Source of the DNA: a plasmid
Strand: one strand, 5' to 3'
Sequence record: NZ_AP019754.1
Length of the DNA stretch: 64,000 bases
Position numbers and translations under genes: made by a program. Positions 1 to 11,110 of this stretch are shown here, piece after piece; the stretch's first letter is position 1; the number at the start of each line of letters is the position of its first letter. Below the pieces are notes generated by a model. The model worked only from the letters and a program-made list of their open reading frames with translations. It was not told the DNA's origin and did no database searches.

Positions 1-4
1 TGCT

Positions 5-42
5 CTCACGTCCCTTTCCCTCGCAGGGCAAAAGGACGTGAG
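5..42. repeat. Stem-loop at the window edge upstream of the permease gene. A 9-bp inverted repeat (CTCACGTCC / GGACGTGAG) encloses an inner CCC-TCGCA-GGG hairpin. It is probably an intercistronic stabiliser or attenuator between an upstream substrate-binding-protein gene and the permease genes.
   Basis: Inverted repeat read directly from positions 5-13 and 34-42. Placement matches the stem-loops common between SBP and permease genes of ABC operons. Confidence 0.4.
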
Positions 43-74
43 GGCACCCGTCACAGTGCATTTCAAGGAATGGC

Positions 75-1007
75 ATGTTTGCATACATCCTTCGCCGATT
101 ACTGGAGATGATCCCGGTTTTGCTGGTGGTCTCGCTGCTGGTTTTCGGTTTTATCAAGCTGCTGCCGGGCGACCCGGCGCGCATCTATGCTGGACCGGAT
201 GCGCCCATTGAGGCGGTTGAAGCGGCGCGTCAGCACCTTGGGCTTAACGATTCGCTGCCACAGCAGTACGTCCACTGGATCGATAGCCTGTTACACGGCG
301 ATCTTGGCACCACCTACCGCACCCAGCAACCGGTGCTGCAGGTGATTAAACAGGGCTTCATGCCAACGCTTTGGCTCGCCTTAGCGGGGTTTGCCTGGTC
401 AGTGATTCTCGGCCTCGTACTTGGCGTTCTTGCGGCACTGAAGCGAGGAAAATGGCAAGACTGGACGCTGATGAGCATGGCGGTGGGCGGTATCTCAATG
501 CCTGCTTTCTGGCTGGGTCTGTTGCTGATCCAGTTCGTCGCGATGCCTTTTGGGCTGTTCTCAGTCAGCGGTTTCAACAAAGCCAGTGATATTGTCCTGC
601 CCGCCATCACGCTGGGTTCGTCAGTGGCGGCAGTGATGGCTCGGTTTACCCGCTCAGCCTTCCTGGAGGTGGCGCAGGAAGATTACGTGCGGACCGCCAA
701 AGCCAAAGGACTGCGTAACCGCCTCGTGACGTGGAAACATGTGATGCGTAATGCACTCATTCCGGTGATTACCATGCTCGGTTTGCAGTTCGGTTTTCTG
801 CTGGGCGGCTCCATCGTCGTGGAGAGCGTCTTCAACTGGCCGGGGTTAGGCTGGTTGTTGATTGAGTCGATAAAAGCGCAGGATCAGCCGGTTATTCAGG
901 CGCTGGTGATGCTGTTCGTGTTTGAATTTATTGTCATTAATCTGCTGGTCGATCTGCTTTACGCGGTCGTCAATCCGGCGATTCGTCTGCGACAGGAGCC
1001 GAGATGA
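75..1007 (+). CDS. ABC transporter permease, DppB/OppB/GsiC family (dipeptide/oligopeptide type)
   Basis: 310-aa ORF. The N-terminus ([34 protein letters not shown]) is the canonical DppB-type signature. It has multiple TM segments and is fused at ATGA to the next permease gene. Confidence 0.9.
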   Translation: MFAYILRRLLEMIPVLLVVSLLVFGFIKLLPGDPARIYAGPDAPIEAVEAARQHLGLNDSLPQQYVHWIDSLLHGDLGTTYRTQQPVLQVIKQGFMPTLWLALAGFAWSVILGLVLGVLAALKRGKWQDWTLMSMAVGGISMPAFWLGLLLIQFVAMPFGLFSVSGFNKASDIVLPAITLGSSVAAVMARFTRSAFLEVAQEDYVRTAKAKGLRNRLVTWKHVMRNALIPVITMLGLQFGFLLGGSIVVESVFNWPGLGWLLIESIKAQDQPVIQALVMLFVFEFIVINLLVDLLYAVVNPAIRLRQEPR

Positions 1008-1888
1008 GTATTCAATCGCTGACTGAAAACCCGCCTCAGGTCATCCGTTCGCCGTGGCGCGATTTCCTGCATGCCTTTGTGCGTAATCCTCTGGCGCTGG
1101 TCTCAGGCGGATTTGTACTGTTGTTGATCGTGGTGGCGATCTTTGCGCCCTGGCTGGCCCCCTGGGATCCGATGGCACCAGACTGGATGGCGTTGTCGTC
1201 ACCGCCCAGCGCGGCACACTGGATGGGAACCGACGAGCTGGGGCGTGATCTGCTCAGTCGCATTATCTATGGGGCGCGTATCTCGCTCTATGTCGGCGTG
1301 CTGTCCGTAACGCTCGGCATGATTGTCGGTGTGGTGTTGGGTTTACTGGCAGGCTATTACGGCGGCTGGGTCGATATGCTGATCATGCGCGGCGCCGACG
1401 TGTTATTCGCTTTTCCCGGCATGTTACTGGCCATTGCGGTTGTCGCGCTACTTGGAACCGGCCTGAACAATGTGATCATCGCGGTCGCGGTGTTCAGCGT
1501 ACCCGTTTTTGCCCGTATTGTGCGCGCCTCGACGCTGTCATTGAGACAGGCCGCCTATGTGGAAGCCGTTCGCTGTGCCGGTGCACCCGATCGCATCATT
1601 ATCCTGCGACATATTTTGCCCGGTACGCTTTCCAGCGTGATTGTCTACTTCACTATGCGCATCGGCACCAGTATTCTCACCGCAGCGGGCTTAAGCTTTA
1701 TTGGCCTGGGGCCGGAGCCGGATGTGCCTGAATGGGGTAATATTCTGGCGATGAGCCGGAGCATGATGATGGCTGGCGCATGGCACATGAGCGTGTTTCC
1801 GGGGCTGGCGATTTTTATCACGGTGCTGGCGTTCAACCTGCTCGGCGACGCGCTGCGCGATACGCTCGACCCGAAACTGAAGAGCTGA
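1004..1888 (+). CDS. ABC transporter permease, DppC/OppC/GsiD family
   Basis: 294-aa ORF overlapping the upstream gene by 4 nt. It has a DppC-like N-terminal TM and an EAA-like loop, and is hydrophobic throughout. Confidence 0.9.
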   Translation: MSIQSLTENPPQVIRSPWRDFLHAFVRNPLALVSGGFVLLLIVVAIFAPWLAPWDPMAPDWMALSSPPSAAHWMGTDELGRDLLSRIIYGARISLYVGVLSVTLGMIVGVVLGLLAGYYGGWVDMLIMRGADVLFAFPGMLLAIAVVALLGTGLNNVIIAVAVFSVPVFARIVRASTLSLRQAAYVEAVRCAGAPDRIIILRHILPGTLSSVIVYFTMRIGTSILTAAGLSFIGLGPEPDVPEWGNILAMSRSMMMAGAWHMSVFPGLAIFITVLAFNLLGDALRDTLDPKLKS

Positions 1889-1890
1889 CC

Positions 1891-2934
1891 ATGGATTTTC
1901 AACAATTGCAGCGCGATCTGCTGCTAAACCACTGGCGTCACGCGCGTACGTTGGGACAGCCGCGCGGCGCTTGCGGGCCCGGCAATCGAATCAGCGATGT
2001 TGCCGGCGTGCGCGTCGGACATTACACGCTGAATGATGGAGAAAGGCAGACTGGCGTCACCGCTATCGTTCCGCCGGGCGACAATGTGTTTCTCACGCCG
2101 CTGCCGTGTGGCGCGGAAGTGCTCAATGGCTTTGCAAAACCGGTCGGGCTGGTACAGGTCGAGGAGCTTGGCGTGTTACAGACGCCGATTCTGCTCAGCA
2201 ACACGCTGGCGGTGGGCACGCTGTTTACCACGCTGGTCCGGGATGCCATCCGTCGTAATCCGGAGCTGGGGCGGACCTTGCCCACGGTAAATCCGCTGGC
2301 ACTGGAGTGCAACGATGGCTGGCTTAATGATATCCAGTCGTTGTCCATCAGCGAGGCGATGGCGCAGGCGGCATTGCGCACGGCCGCCGCCGATTTTGCA
2401 CGCGGCAGCGTCGGGGCAGGGCGCGGGATGAGCTGTTTTAGCCTGAAGGGCGGGATCGGCACGGCCTCTCGTGTTATTCCCTCGCTCAACGCCACGCTCG
2501 GGGTGCTGGTGCTGGCAAATTTTGGTTCGCTAAGCGCATTAACGCTTGACGGTGTGCGACTCGGCGACATGATAGCGCCGCTGCTGGCCGGGCAACCGCC
2601 GCAGCGTGATGCCGGCTCTGTCATCATCGTTATGGCCACGGATGCGCCACTGGATGCGCGTCAGTTGAAACGGATTGCCCGGCGTGCCGGCGCCGGCCTT
2701 GGACGGCTGGGCAGCTACTGGGGCCACGGTTCAGGCGATATTGCCGTGGCGTTCTCAACGCAACCCCTGCCGCAACCACCTCAGGATGACCAGCTGGAGC
2801 CGCTGCTTGCCGCCGCGGCAGATGCAACCGAACAGGCTGTTCTGGATGCCTTGTTGAGCGCGGAGGCCGTCACCGGCTTTCGTGGTCACCATCGGCCCTC
2901 ACTGACTCAGATTCTGGACAAATTAACCGCATGA
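1891..2934 (+). CDS. P1/S58 family peptidase (DmpA-type L-aminopeptidase / D-Ala-esterase-amidase)
   Basis: The first ATG (1891) lies immediately after the permease stop (1886-1888). It is Gly/Ala-rich with GGIGTAS and VLANFGS motifs typical of the DmpA/ArgJ-like fold. The stop overlaps the next start as ATGA. Confidence 0.75.
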   Translation: MDFQQLQRDLLLNHWRHARTLGQPRGACGPGNRISDVAGVRVGHYTLNDGERQTGVTAIVPPGDNVFLTPLPCGAEVLNGFAKPVGLVQVEELGVLQTPILLSNTLAVGTLFTTLVRDAIRRNPELGRTLPTVNPLALECNDGWLNDIQSLSISEAMAQAALRTAAADFARGSVGAGRGMSCFSLKGGIGTASRVIPSLNATLGVLVLANFGSLSALTLDGVRLGDMIAPLLAGQPPQRDAGSVIIVMATDAPLDARQLKRIARRAGAGLGRLGSYWGHGSGDIAVAFSTQPLPQPPQDDQLEPLLAAAADATEQAVLDALLSAEAVTGFRGHHRPSLTQILDKLTA

Positions 2935-3755
2935 AAATTTTTATCTCTGCCGATATTGAAGGTATCGCGGGCGTCATGCGCCCGGAGCACTGCACACCAG
3001 GCAACCCGGAATATCAGATGGCCCGGGGGCTGATGGAACAGGAAGTCAATGCCGCGATTGAGGGGGCGTTCGCGGGGGGCGCAACGGAGGTGGTGGTCGC
3101 CGACAGCCATGCGCAAATGACCAATTTACGTGCGGAAAATATTGATCCACGCGCCCGACTGGTGCAGGGTAAACCTCGCGGTCTGTCTATGGTTGAAGGG
3201 ATCGAGCAGCAGACGTTCGACGGATTATTTCTGGTGGGCTATCACAGCGCAGCAGGCGAACCTGGCGTACTGGCGCACACCATTAACGGCCGCGCATTCT
3301 GGCGTATCCATATCAATGGCCTTGTGATGGGGGAAACCGACATTTATGCCGCCGCTGCCGCTGAACAGGGTACGCCTCTGTTGTTGGTCACCGGCGACGA
3401 TCAGCTCCAGAGCTGGATAGCAGAATATTATCCCACGGTTGATTACGTCTGTGTAAAACGCGCCATTTCCCACACCTGCGCGGAATCCATCAGCCCCAAA
3501 GCGGCGCAGCGTGCAATATGCGCCGCGGCAAGCGCCGCACTGCAGCATTCACATCAGGCAAGCACGACTCGCCTGGCCGCGCCTTATCGCATGCAGCTCC
3601 AGGCCAGCAAACCCGTGCTGGCCGATCTGTTTAGCCTGATTCCTGGTGTCACGCGCATTGATGCGGTTACCGTGGAGTATCAGGCGGAGCGGATGGGTAC
3701 GTTGATCGGCTTGCTCAGTGCCTTTTCCTATCTGGCGAGTACCCAATCGTCATAA
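2931..3755 (+). CDS. M55 family D-aminopeptidase (Bacillus DppA-type)
   Basis: The N-terminus MKIFISADIEGIAGV is the hallmark of peptidase M55 (D-Ala-D-Ala aminopeptidase DppA). 274 aa, translationally coupled to the S58 peptidase. Confidence 0.8.
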   Translation: MKIFISADIEGIAGVMRPEHCTPGNPEYQMARGLMEQEVNAAIEGAFAGGATEVVVADSHAQMTNLRAENIDPRARLVQGKPRGLSMVEGIEQQTFDGLFLVGYHSAAGEPGVLAHTINGRAFWRIHINGLVMGETDIYAAAAAEQGTPLLLVTGDDQLQSWIAEYYPTVDYVCVKRAISHTCAESISPKAAQRAICAAASAALQHSHQASTTRLAAPYRMQLQASKPVLADLFSLIPGVTRIDAVTVEYQAERMGTLIGLLSAFSYLASTQSS

Positions 3756-4229
3756 GAGGATGTGCGTATCGGCAGCGGCAACGTTAGCGCGCCTGTTCTG
3801 CTGCCCTGAAACACCGCTGCCATACAGGATTACCCATCGGCCAACCGCGCGGCTGGCCATCCAGCGATGTCGCTTCCGTTGCACCACGATGGGGCGAACG
3901 CCTGTCCGGACAGCGTTTCCATTCTGTCCGGCCCGGAGGTGCAAAAAACAGCGCGGCAGAGCCCATTTCATCTCCTCTCTTCAGACGCAGTCATCGACTC
4001 ATACCGATAGCCAGATGAAGGTCGGCGACTCAGCCACCGTCAGCTTTACGGTACAAATTTTGCAAGAGAGCAGGGATTGCCATGTAATAACCCAGGGTTT
4101 GGGCTCTGCCAGAAAGCGGTTGCAGGCTTTCCCGTAAAGTTGCGGTGTTGGCAGTCTCATGCAGGCACTGCTGTAAAAGGGTGGTGACAACGGCCTGCGG
4201 TCAGGTGAATCCAGTTAAGGTGAATAATA

Positions 4230-5147
4230 ATGCGGCTCCGTCACATAGAGGTATTTCAGGCCATCGTACAGACCGGTAGCATCAGCGCTGCAGCGCGCTT
4301 GCTGAATGTGTCCCAGCCGAATATCAGCCGCGTGCTGAATCATGCGGAACAGCAATTGGGTTTTGCACTGTTTGAGCGACGGATACAGGGAATGAGCGTC
4401 ACGGCGGAAGGACGACGCCTGCTGCCCGAAGTAGAAGATCTTTATCAACGTTTGCAATCCATTACTCAACTCACCGAACAACTTCGACGCGGCGAAGGGC
4501 AGATAGTCCGCGTGGGTGCGGCTCACGCGTTCGGTCAAATGGTGCTGGCACCCGCATTGGTCACCTGGCGACAACAGGTGGCCTCGGTCAGTGTCGAACT
4601 GGTCACGGAGCACTTCAAGACTTTGTGCCAAATGATTCTGGAAAATCAGCTTGATTTCGCCCTGGTGTTTGGTCAACAGGTGGATGCAGACCTTTTGGCT
4701 GAACCGCTGTTCCAGTCTTCCATGGTGGCGCTGCTGCCGCTCAATCATCCCCAGCATGAACCCGTTTCGCTGGAGTGGTTATGCAGCAATAATCTGCTGA
4801 TGATGCAGACCCAGGATCCGCTTGGGCGCGTATTACACCGCGCGCTGCGCGATAAAAAGCTGAATCCCGCTGTGTCACTGTCGATTAAAACCTATTCGGT
4901 GATTGCGGATATGGTCCTGGCAGGCGGCGGCGTGGGCGTCGTGGATCTGTTCACGGCATGCCGCTATGCCGACCAGCTAAAATTGCTCCCCGTCGCGCAA
5001 CCGTTGCCGTTTGAAGTGATGCTGATCAGCCGTCGTGATAAACCCCAGTCACAGTCCACCCTGCAACTTAAGCAGGTAATACGTAACAGGCTGTGGGAGA
5101 TTGCCCGACAGTGCGAAGCACAGTTTCTGGTTGAGAAAGCAAGCTAA
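4230..5147 (+). CDS. LysR family transcriptional regulator
   Basis: N-terminal HTH (LRHIEVFQAIVQTGSISAAARLLNVSQPNISRVL) followed by a LysR substrate-binding domain. 305 aa. Confidence 0.85.
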   Translation: MRLRHIEVFQAIVQTGSISAAARLLNVSQPNISRVLNHAEQQLGFALFERRIQGMSVTAEGRRLLPEVEDLYQRLQSITQLTEQLRRGEGQIVRVGAAHAFGQMVLAPALVTWRQQVASVSVELVTEHFKTLCQMILENQLDFALVFGQQVDADLLAEPLFQSSMVALLPLNHPQHEPVSLEWLCSNNLLMMQTQDPLGRVLHRALRDKKLNPAVSLSIKTYSVIADMVLAGGGVGVVDLFTACRYADQLKLLPVAQPLPFEVMLISRRDKPQSQSTLQLKQVIRNRLWEIARQCEAQFLVEKAS

Positions 5148-5329
5148 AAACGGCTTCTGGTGAATCTGGTGGTACACCTGCTATCGGCAAAGGTTTGCGT
5201 CACTGTTTTGCCTTTTGAAACCTGTTCTGGTCGTCCCGGTGCAGTCAGGGATACTTATTTCTTTTAAAGACATCCGGCGCTTTCTGTCCCCGTCAGTTGT
5301 TCCGGCAGGGACTGAGAAGGGCACACACT

Positions 5330-7387
5330 TTACTTCTGAATCCAGCAAGGGCCCGGCCTGCCAAAGAGGTATCCCTGAAGTAACGGACACTCATTCGTCT
5401 TTAGCCACTCCGCCTGGGCAGGCGTTTCCACGCCCTCTGCGGTCACTTCAACCTGGAGTTGACGGCAGAGTGAAAGAACGGAGCTGACGATGGCTGCCGC
5501 TCCGGAGTCCAGGTGCAGATCGTTGATAAACGACCTGTCTATTTTTATCCTGCTGAACAGTCCGGAACTGAGGTGGTTCAGTGAAGAAAAGCCCGTACCA
5601 AAATCATCCAGTACGATATGAATTCCGGTATCCCTGAACCTGCGAATCATTTCGTAACTGCCTTCGGGGTTGTCGAACAGCGCCGACTCGGTGATTTCGA
5701 GCTCCAGCCGGTTTGGGTGCAGCCCACTCTCAATAAGAACCGTTTTCACCCTGTTGGCCAGCTGTGGATCACGAAACTGACGGGGCGAGATATTAACTGC
5801 CACGCGTTCGTGCCCTGACCACTCCGCCATATCGTTGCAGGCTCGCTCAAGCGCGAATGCGCCAATATCATGAATAAGCCCGGTTTTTTCAGCGAGCGGG
5901 ATGAACACGTCAGGCGAAACATTTCCCCTTACAGGATGATTCCAGCGCAGCAGGGCTTCATAGGAAACCACTTCCTCACTGATGCTGCAGACGACGGGCT
6001 GATAAAAAATCTGCAGCTCACCGTTCTCGAGCGCGCCACGCAGGTCATTTTCCAGGCTAAAGCGCTCTGCCGCCGAACTGGCTAGCTCATCGGTAAAAAT
6101 TACCCAGCCTTTGCGCCCGGCTGACTTGGCAGCGTAGAGGGCGATATCGGCTGCCGATAACATGCTTTCGGCATCTCGCGCATAGCCCGGAAAGAGGCAA
6201 ACCCCGAAGCTGCAACCCGAGGTGACTTTCCGCCCTTTCAGCATGAAGGGCTCCTTCAGGACCATCGTCAGGCGCGATGCTGTTTCGCTTGCGTCTTCTG
6301 CCGAGCTAATGCCGGGCAAAACGGCAACGAACTCGTCACCGCCCGTGCGGGCCAGAATGTCGCCCGGGCGCAGGACTGACAGCAGCCGTGCTGAAACCTC
6401 AATGAGCAAGGTATCGCCCGCCGCGTGACCCAGAACGTCGTTGACGCTTTTAAACCGGTCGATGTCAGACACCATGACCGCAAAGGGTTCGTCACCGTCC
6501 AGAAGCGTTTCAAGCTCAGGCATCAGGCCACGGCGGTTGAGAAGCCCTGTCAGCGGATCATGAAGGGCCAGATGGTTCGCTCTGACCGCAGCCTGATACT
6601 CCGCCGTGACGTCCAGTATGGTATACAGGAGATAGTCATCTCCGCCGCCCGAATTCAGCCTTTCGGCGGAAATCCGTAATGAAAATTCCGGCTCATTATC
6701 GCCCGAAGAAACCGTTTCACTAAAGCCCTGGTCGGGAAGGAGGTCAAATGCCTGCCTGAACACAGCCGCGAGATTGTCTGGCAGGCCCGCAGGCAGGGCG
6801 GTTCGGGTATTCCCACTGCGTACCCGTTCTTGCAGACAGGACAAATTCATGGCCGTCGGGTTCGCGCGTATGATGTCCCCCGATGCAACGTCACACAGGA
6901 TGAGCGCGCAAGGCGTGTGGCTGAATACGGCGTCGAGCACCTTATTTGTGTCTGATAACTCGGTTTCCCTTTTCAGGATAACTTTTTGAGCGATGCGGAG
7001 CGCCGCCCTTTCCTGATAGCCTTGTGAAACGTCACGCACGATTTTGATAAAGGCCGCATTATCTTCATCGGACGGATTGAGAAATTCTATTTCAACTGAT
7101 GCCCGAAACGCGCTGCCGTTTTTGCGCAGGCGCCAGCCCTCTCCTGTGAACTTGCCGCGCTCACGGGCCTCCCTCAGGTTGGCCTCAGGGATATTCCTGG
7201 CCTGCTCATCTTCATCATAAAAAACCGAAATATGCTGCCCTCGGATATCGCGGCTATCCCATCCCTTGATCTCACGGCATCCAAGATTCCAGCTCATCAC
7301 TTCTCCGGTGGAAGACAGCAGATATATCGCACAAAGAGACGTTCTGGCCACGGCGGCCCCCAGTTGGTCATTGGTTACGGATTTCAT
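5330..7387 (-). CDS. Cytoplasmic PAS-sensor GGDEF-EAL protein (c-di-GMP cyclase/phosphodiesterase)
   Basis: 685 aa. It has N-terminal PAS-like repeats, a GGDEF motif (ARTGGDEFVAVL) and an EAL motif (EALLRW) with DDFGTG. Confidence 0.9.
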   Translation of the reverse strand: MKSVTNDQLGAAVARTSLCAIYLLSSTGEVMSWNLGCREIKGWDSRDIRGQHISVFYDEDEQARNIPEANLREARERGKFTGEGWRLRKNGSAFRASVEIEFLNPSDEDNAAFIKIVRDVSQGYQERAALRIAQKVILKRETELSDTNKVLDAVFSHTPCALILCDVASGDIIRANPTAMNLSCLQERVRSGNTRTALPAGLPDNLAAVFRQAFDLLPDQGFSETVSSGDNEPEFSLRISAERLNSGGGDDYLLYTILDVTAEYQAAVRANHLALHDPLTGLLNRRGLMPELETLLDGDEPFAVMVSDIDRFKSVNDVLGHAAGDTLLIEVSARLLSVLRPGDILARTGGDEFVAVLPGISSAEDASETASRLTMVLKEPFMLKGRKVTSGCSFGVCLFPGYARDAESMLSAADIALYAAKSAGRKGWVIFTDELASSAAERFSLENDLRGALENGELQIFYQPVVCSISEEVVSYEALLRWNHPVRGNVSPDVFIPLAEKTGLIHDIGAFALERACNDMAEWSGHERVAVNISPRQFRDPQLANRVKTVLIESGLHPNRLELEITESALFDNPEGSYEMIRRFRDTGIHIVLDDFGTGFSSLNHLSSGLFSRIKIDRSFINDLHLDSGAAAIVSSVLSLCRQLQVEVTAEGVETPAQAEWLKTNECPLLQGYLFGRPGPCWIQK

Positions 7388-7785
7388 GTGGCTATCCTTG
7401 ATGAGTTCATCGACCTGTTCGGAGATGATCTGGCGTTAAAAACGATTATCGGCGCCGTTAGCCAGAAACAGAGACAAAAATTTGTAAAAATTTAGTTAGA
7501 GGCCATATTACGCCACCTGTCTGGACCAGCCCAATCATAATGCACACGGGACTTAGCAGCGTTCGCTTTTCGCTGTAGAGTCAGTCGTTTCACGCACAAT
7601 TAATTTTTTAAAAGTCTGCCGCAAGTGACTTAATGCAAATCCAAACAGCGCTATCTGCTGTACGCATTCTGGAGGCACCGATCTCACCAATACGGTTATC
7701 ATCCCGCAAAAAGCGCGGAAGCCTTTTGCCGCTATCCTGTTTATGTGTTTAGATTGATAGAAATCTATCATCACCAGGCTGAGTA

Positions 7786-8808
7786 ATGAAAAAAATCTCT
7801 ATGTCAGCGGTGGCACGAGCAGCCGGCGTGGGCGTCGCTACCGTGGATCGCGTGCTTAACAACAGAGCTTCTGTTAAACAGGAAACCCGGCAACGGGTCC
7901 TGCGCGCCGCTGAAGCCTTAGGCTACCGTGAAGACCTCATTAAGGTCATGACGCCGGACGCGACAGCGGCCAACATCCCCGTGCGCATCGGGTTCATTCT
8001 GCTGCCCAATAATTATTCTTTTTATCAGGTACTTTCAGAAGAAATCAGTCGATGCGCAGAGGGAAAACTGGCGACGAAACCGGCGTTTATGTGGGCCGAT
8101 ATTCACGATGTGGAGAACGTCGTATCGTCTCTGGAAGCGCTGGCAGAACGTGTTGATATCATCGGGCTTGTTGCTCTGGATCATCCCCTTATACGACATA
8201 CGATTAAGCAGCTTTCCGCCTCAGGTGTGCAAATTTTCACGTTGTTTTCTGATCTCTCTCCCTGTGGTCAGGCGGGCTATATCGGGCTGGATAACCTCAA
8301 AGCAGGACGTACGGCGGGATGGTTTGCTGAACGCATGACAGAAAAAGAAAGTGTGATTGGCGTGCTACTGGGTGACCACCGTTTCAACTGCCAGGAAAGC
8401 TGTGAAATAAGCTTTCGTTCATACCTGCGTGAAAACAGAAAAGATGCCGTGGTTCTGGAGCCTCTCCAGACGCTTGAATGTATCAATGGGGGCTATCTGG
8501 CCGCGACGCAGCTGCTGAAAGACAACCCATTCATTACAATAATTTATGCGCCATGTGGTGGTGTGGAAGGGGTGATTAAAGCCGTTTCTGAAAGCCCGCG
8601 GGATGATATAAAAATTCTCTGTCATGGTCCGTTTATCGGCGATGAAATGGCGCTGATTGAGGGACAGATCGACATCATGATACGTCACCGCATTGATGCC
8701 GTGGCTGAAAAGATCGTCTCTGTTTTTATCAGCAGATATCAAGAGAACGATCGCAATCCGGTTTACGTTACCCTGCCTTTCGATCTCATCACTCGGGAAA
8801 ATATCTGA
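7786..8808 (+). CDS. LacI family transcriptional regulator
   Basis: N-terminal HTH (ISMSAVARAAGVGVATVDRVLNNRASVKQETRQRV) plus a periplasmic-binding-protein-like sugar-binding domain. 340 aa. Confidence 0.85.
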   Translation: MKKISMSAVARAAGVGVATVDRVLNNRASVKQETRQRVLRAAEALGYREDLIKVMTPDATAANIPVRIGFILLPNNYSFYQVLSEEISRCAEGKLATKPAFMWADIHDVENVVSSLEALAERVDIIGLVALDHPLIRHTIKQLSASGVQIFTLFSDLSPCGQAGYIGLDNLKAGRTAGWFAERMTEKESVIGVLLGDHRFNCQESCEISFRSYLRENRKDAVVLEPLQTLECINGGYLAATQLLKDNPFITIIYAPCGGVEGVIKAVSESPRDDIKILCHGPFIGDEMALIEGQIDIMIRHRIDAVAEKIVSVFISRYQENDRNPVYVTLPFDLITRENI

Positions 8809-9023
8809 ATCACTCCGGCTTCTGCCGAAGGCTTACGCAGCCTGCATTTGATGTAAAACAATCAAATAAATGATATAAAAAAATCATGATCGCTATCAAA
8901 TAACTCACTTCGAAGGGTTGCCGGTGTTAAAAAACCGGCGCAATACTGCGCGCATTGAGCCAGACGATTGCCGTCGGGGCGCTCAGTGTTCATCAGTGTT
9001 GCCGCATCCGGAGAAAAAACATC

Positions 9024-9929
9024 ATGACGATTTCCATCGCGACTGCGCCCTGCAGCTGGGGAGTGGATGACCCGAAGAATCCTTTTCTTCCCCCCTGGCA
9101 GAGCGTGCTTAAAGAAGCCGCGCTTGCAGGTTATAAAAGCCTGGAACTGGGGCCGTGGGGATATTTGCCCGTCCAGCCGGATGCGCTAAAAGCTGCGCTT
9201 GCCGAATTCCAGCTGTCGATCGTTGCTGGCACCCTTTTCGACGATTTGGTGAGTGAAGAGAACTTTCCGGCCATGATCGCGCTGACCCATAAAATCTGTC
9301 ACAACCTGAGCTTCCTTTCCGAACAGGGCAAACCTACACCTTATCTCGTCATCATCGATTTCGGCGATCCTGAACGGGCAGCCACCGCGGGCCAGTCTGA
9401 AAAAGCGCCACGACTGAACGACAGCGACTGGCAGACCATGATGAGACATATCACCGTTCTGAGTGAGATCGCCTGGAAAGAGTACGGTGTCAGACCGGTC
9501 ATTCATCCCCATGCAGGCGGCTGCATTGAGTTTGCCGATGAACTGGAAAGGCTGGTTCGCGATATTCCTCATAGCGTTGCCGGCCTTTGTCTGGATACCG
9601 GCCATTTGTATTACGCCGGCATGGATCCTGTTGCTGCGCTGGAACGTTACTGGGACCGGATTGATTACCTTCATTTCAAAGACGTCAACGAGGTTGTCTG
9701 GCGTCAGGCCATCAAACAAGGGCTGGATTTTTTCACCGCCTGTGCCCAGGGCGTCATGTGCCCACTTGGCAGCGGCGCTATCAACTATCCCGATGTCCAC
9801 GCATTTCTGCGCCAGCGCCATTATCAGGGCTGGATCACTATTGAACAGGAAAGGGATCCGCGTGATGCGGACACCAGCCTGCGTGACGTCACAGCAAGTC
9901 TGCACTATCTGCACTCAGTCGGTTTTTAA
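9024..9929 (+). CDS. Sugar phosphate isomerase/epimerase family protein (xylose isomerase-like TIM barrel)
   Basis: The ORF track opens at 8955, but the ATG at 9024 (MTISIATAPCSWGV...) has a GGAG upstream. Motifs are consistent with AP-endonuclease-2 / xylose-isomerase TIM barrels (HPHAGG, LDTGHL). About 301 aa. Confidence 0.75.
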   Translation: MTISIATAPCSWGVDDPKNPFLPPWQSVLKEAALAGYKSLELGPWGYLPVQPDALKAALAEFQLSIVAGTLFDDLVSEENFPAMIALTHKICHNLSFLSEQGKPTPYLVIIDFGDPERAATAGQSEKAPRLNDSDWQTMMRHITVLSEIAWKEYGVRPVIHPHAGGCIEFADELERLVRDIPHSVAGLCLDTGHLYYAGMDPVAALERYWDRIDYLHFKDVNEVVWRQAIKQGLDFFTACAQGVMCPLGSGAINYPDVHAFLRQRHYQGWITIEQERDPRDADTSLRDVTASLHYLHSVGF

Positions 9930-9940
9930 GGAGAAAGGTC

Positions 9941-11110
9941 ATGATTAACGGCATTAAACCGCTTAAAAATTCACTGCGGTGGGGCATGGTGGGCGGCGGC
10001 GGTACCAGTCAGATTGGCTACATTCACCGTTCATCAGCACTCCGCGATAACACATTTACCTTAGTTGCCGGGGCGTTCGATATTGATGCGGCACGTGGCC
10101 GCGCCTTTGGTGAAGCTCTGGGCCTTTCCCCGGACCGGTGCTATGCCGACTATGAAACCCTGTTTGCATCAGAAGCAAAACGCGATGATGGCATTCAGGC
10201 TGTCTCGATCGCCACACCCAACAACACGCACTTTGCGGTCTGCTGCGCAGCGCTTGAAGCCGGTCTCCATGTGATATGTGAGAAACCGCTGTGCTTTACG
10301 GTGGAAGAAGCTGAACATCTGGCGAAGCTGAGCCTGGAGAAAAAGAAGATCGTCGGCGTGACTTACGGTTACACCGGTCATCAGCTCATCCTTCAGGCCA
10401 GGGAGATGATCGCGCAGGGATTACTGGGTGACATCCGCATCGTCAACATGCAGTTTGCACACGGTTTTCATCACGAAGCCGTTGAACAGAATAACGCCAG
10501 CACCAGCTGGCGCGTCGACCCGCGCTTTGTCGGACCCAGTTATGTTCTGGGTGATTTGGCGACCCATCCGCTGTGTATCGCTGAAACCATGGCACCCGAA
10601 CTGAAAATCAGACGGCTGCTTTGCTCACGCCAGAGCTTTGTGAAAAGTCGGGCGCCTCTCGAAGACAACGCATTTGTTCTGATGGAATACGAGAACGGCG
10701 CAGTGGGAAATCTGTGGGCCTCAGCCGTCAACTGCGGATCAATGCATGGGCAGAAAGTCCGCATCGTTGGCTCCAGAGCCAGTTTTGAGTGGTGGGATGA
10801 GCAGCCAAACCAGCTGCGTTTCGAAATTCAGGGTGAGCCGGTGCGCATTCTGGAAAGAGGCATGGACTATCTGCACCCGGCTGCTCGTGAAGATGACCGG
10901 ATAGGCGGCGGTCATCCGGAAGGACTTTTCGAAGCCTGGTCGAATCTCTACCGACGTTTCGCGCTGGCAATGGATGCAACCGATCGGGGCGACGACGCAT
11001 TCCTGAAAAACTTCTGGTATCCCGATGTCCATGCCGGCCTGGCTGGCGTCAGATGGGTGGAAAACTGTGTCCGTTCAGCCGACTCCGGCTCGGTGTGGGT
11101 GGAATGCTGA
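9941..11110 (+). CDS. Gfo/Idh/MocA family NAD(P)-dependent oxidoreductase
   Basis: N-terminal Rossmann (LRWGMVGGGGTSQIGYIHR) and an EKPL motif (HVICEKPLCFT). 389 aa. Confidence 0.85.
   Translation: MINGIKPLKNSLRWGMVGGGGTSQIGYIHRSSALRDNTFTLVAGAFDIDAARGRAFGEALGLSPDRCYADYETLFASEAKRDDGIQAVSIATPNNTHFAVCCAALEAGLHVICEKPLCFTVEEAEHLAKLSLEKKKIVGVTYGYTGHQLILQAREMIAQGLLGDIRIVNMQFAHGFHHEAVEQNNASTSWRVDPRFVGPSYVLGDLATHPLCIAETMAPELKIRRLLCSRQSFVKSRAPLEDNAFVLMEYENGAVGNLWASAVNCGSMHGQKVRIVGSRASFEWWDEQPNQLRFEIQGEPVRILERGMDYLHPAAREDDRIGGGHPEGLFEAWSNLYRRFALAMDATDRGDDAFLKNFWYPDVHAGLAGVRWVENCVRSADSGSVWVEC

Noticed and set aside
3718-4137. A 139-aa ORF in the 470-bp gap between the M55 peptidase and the LysR regulator.
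   Set aside because: It overlaps the peptidase 3' end, has no RBS, and has an Arg/Cys-rich low-complexity composition typical of a non-coding GC-rich frame.
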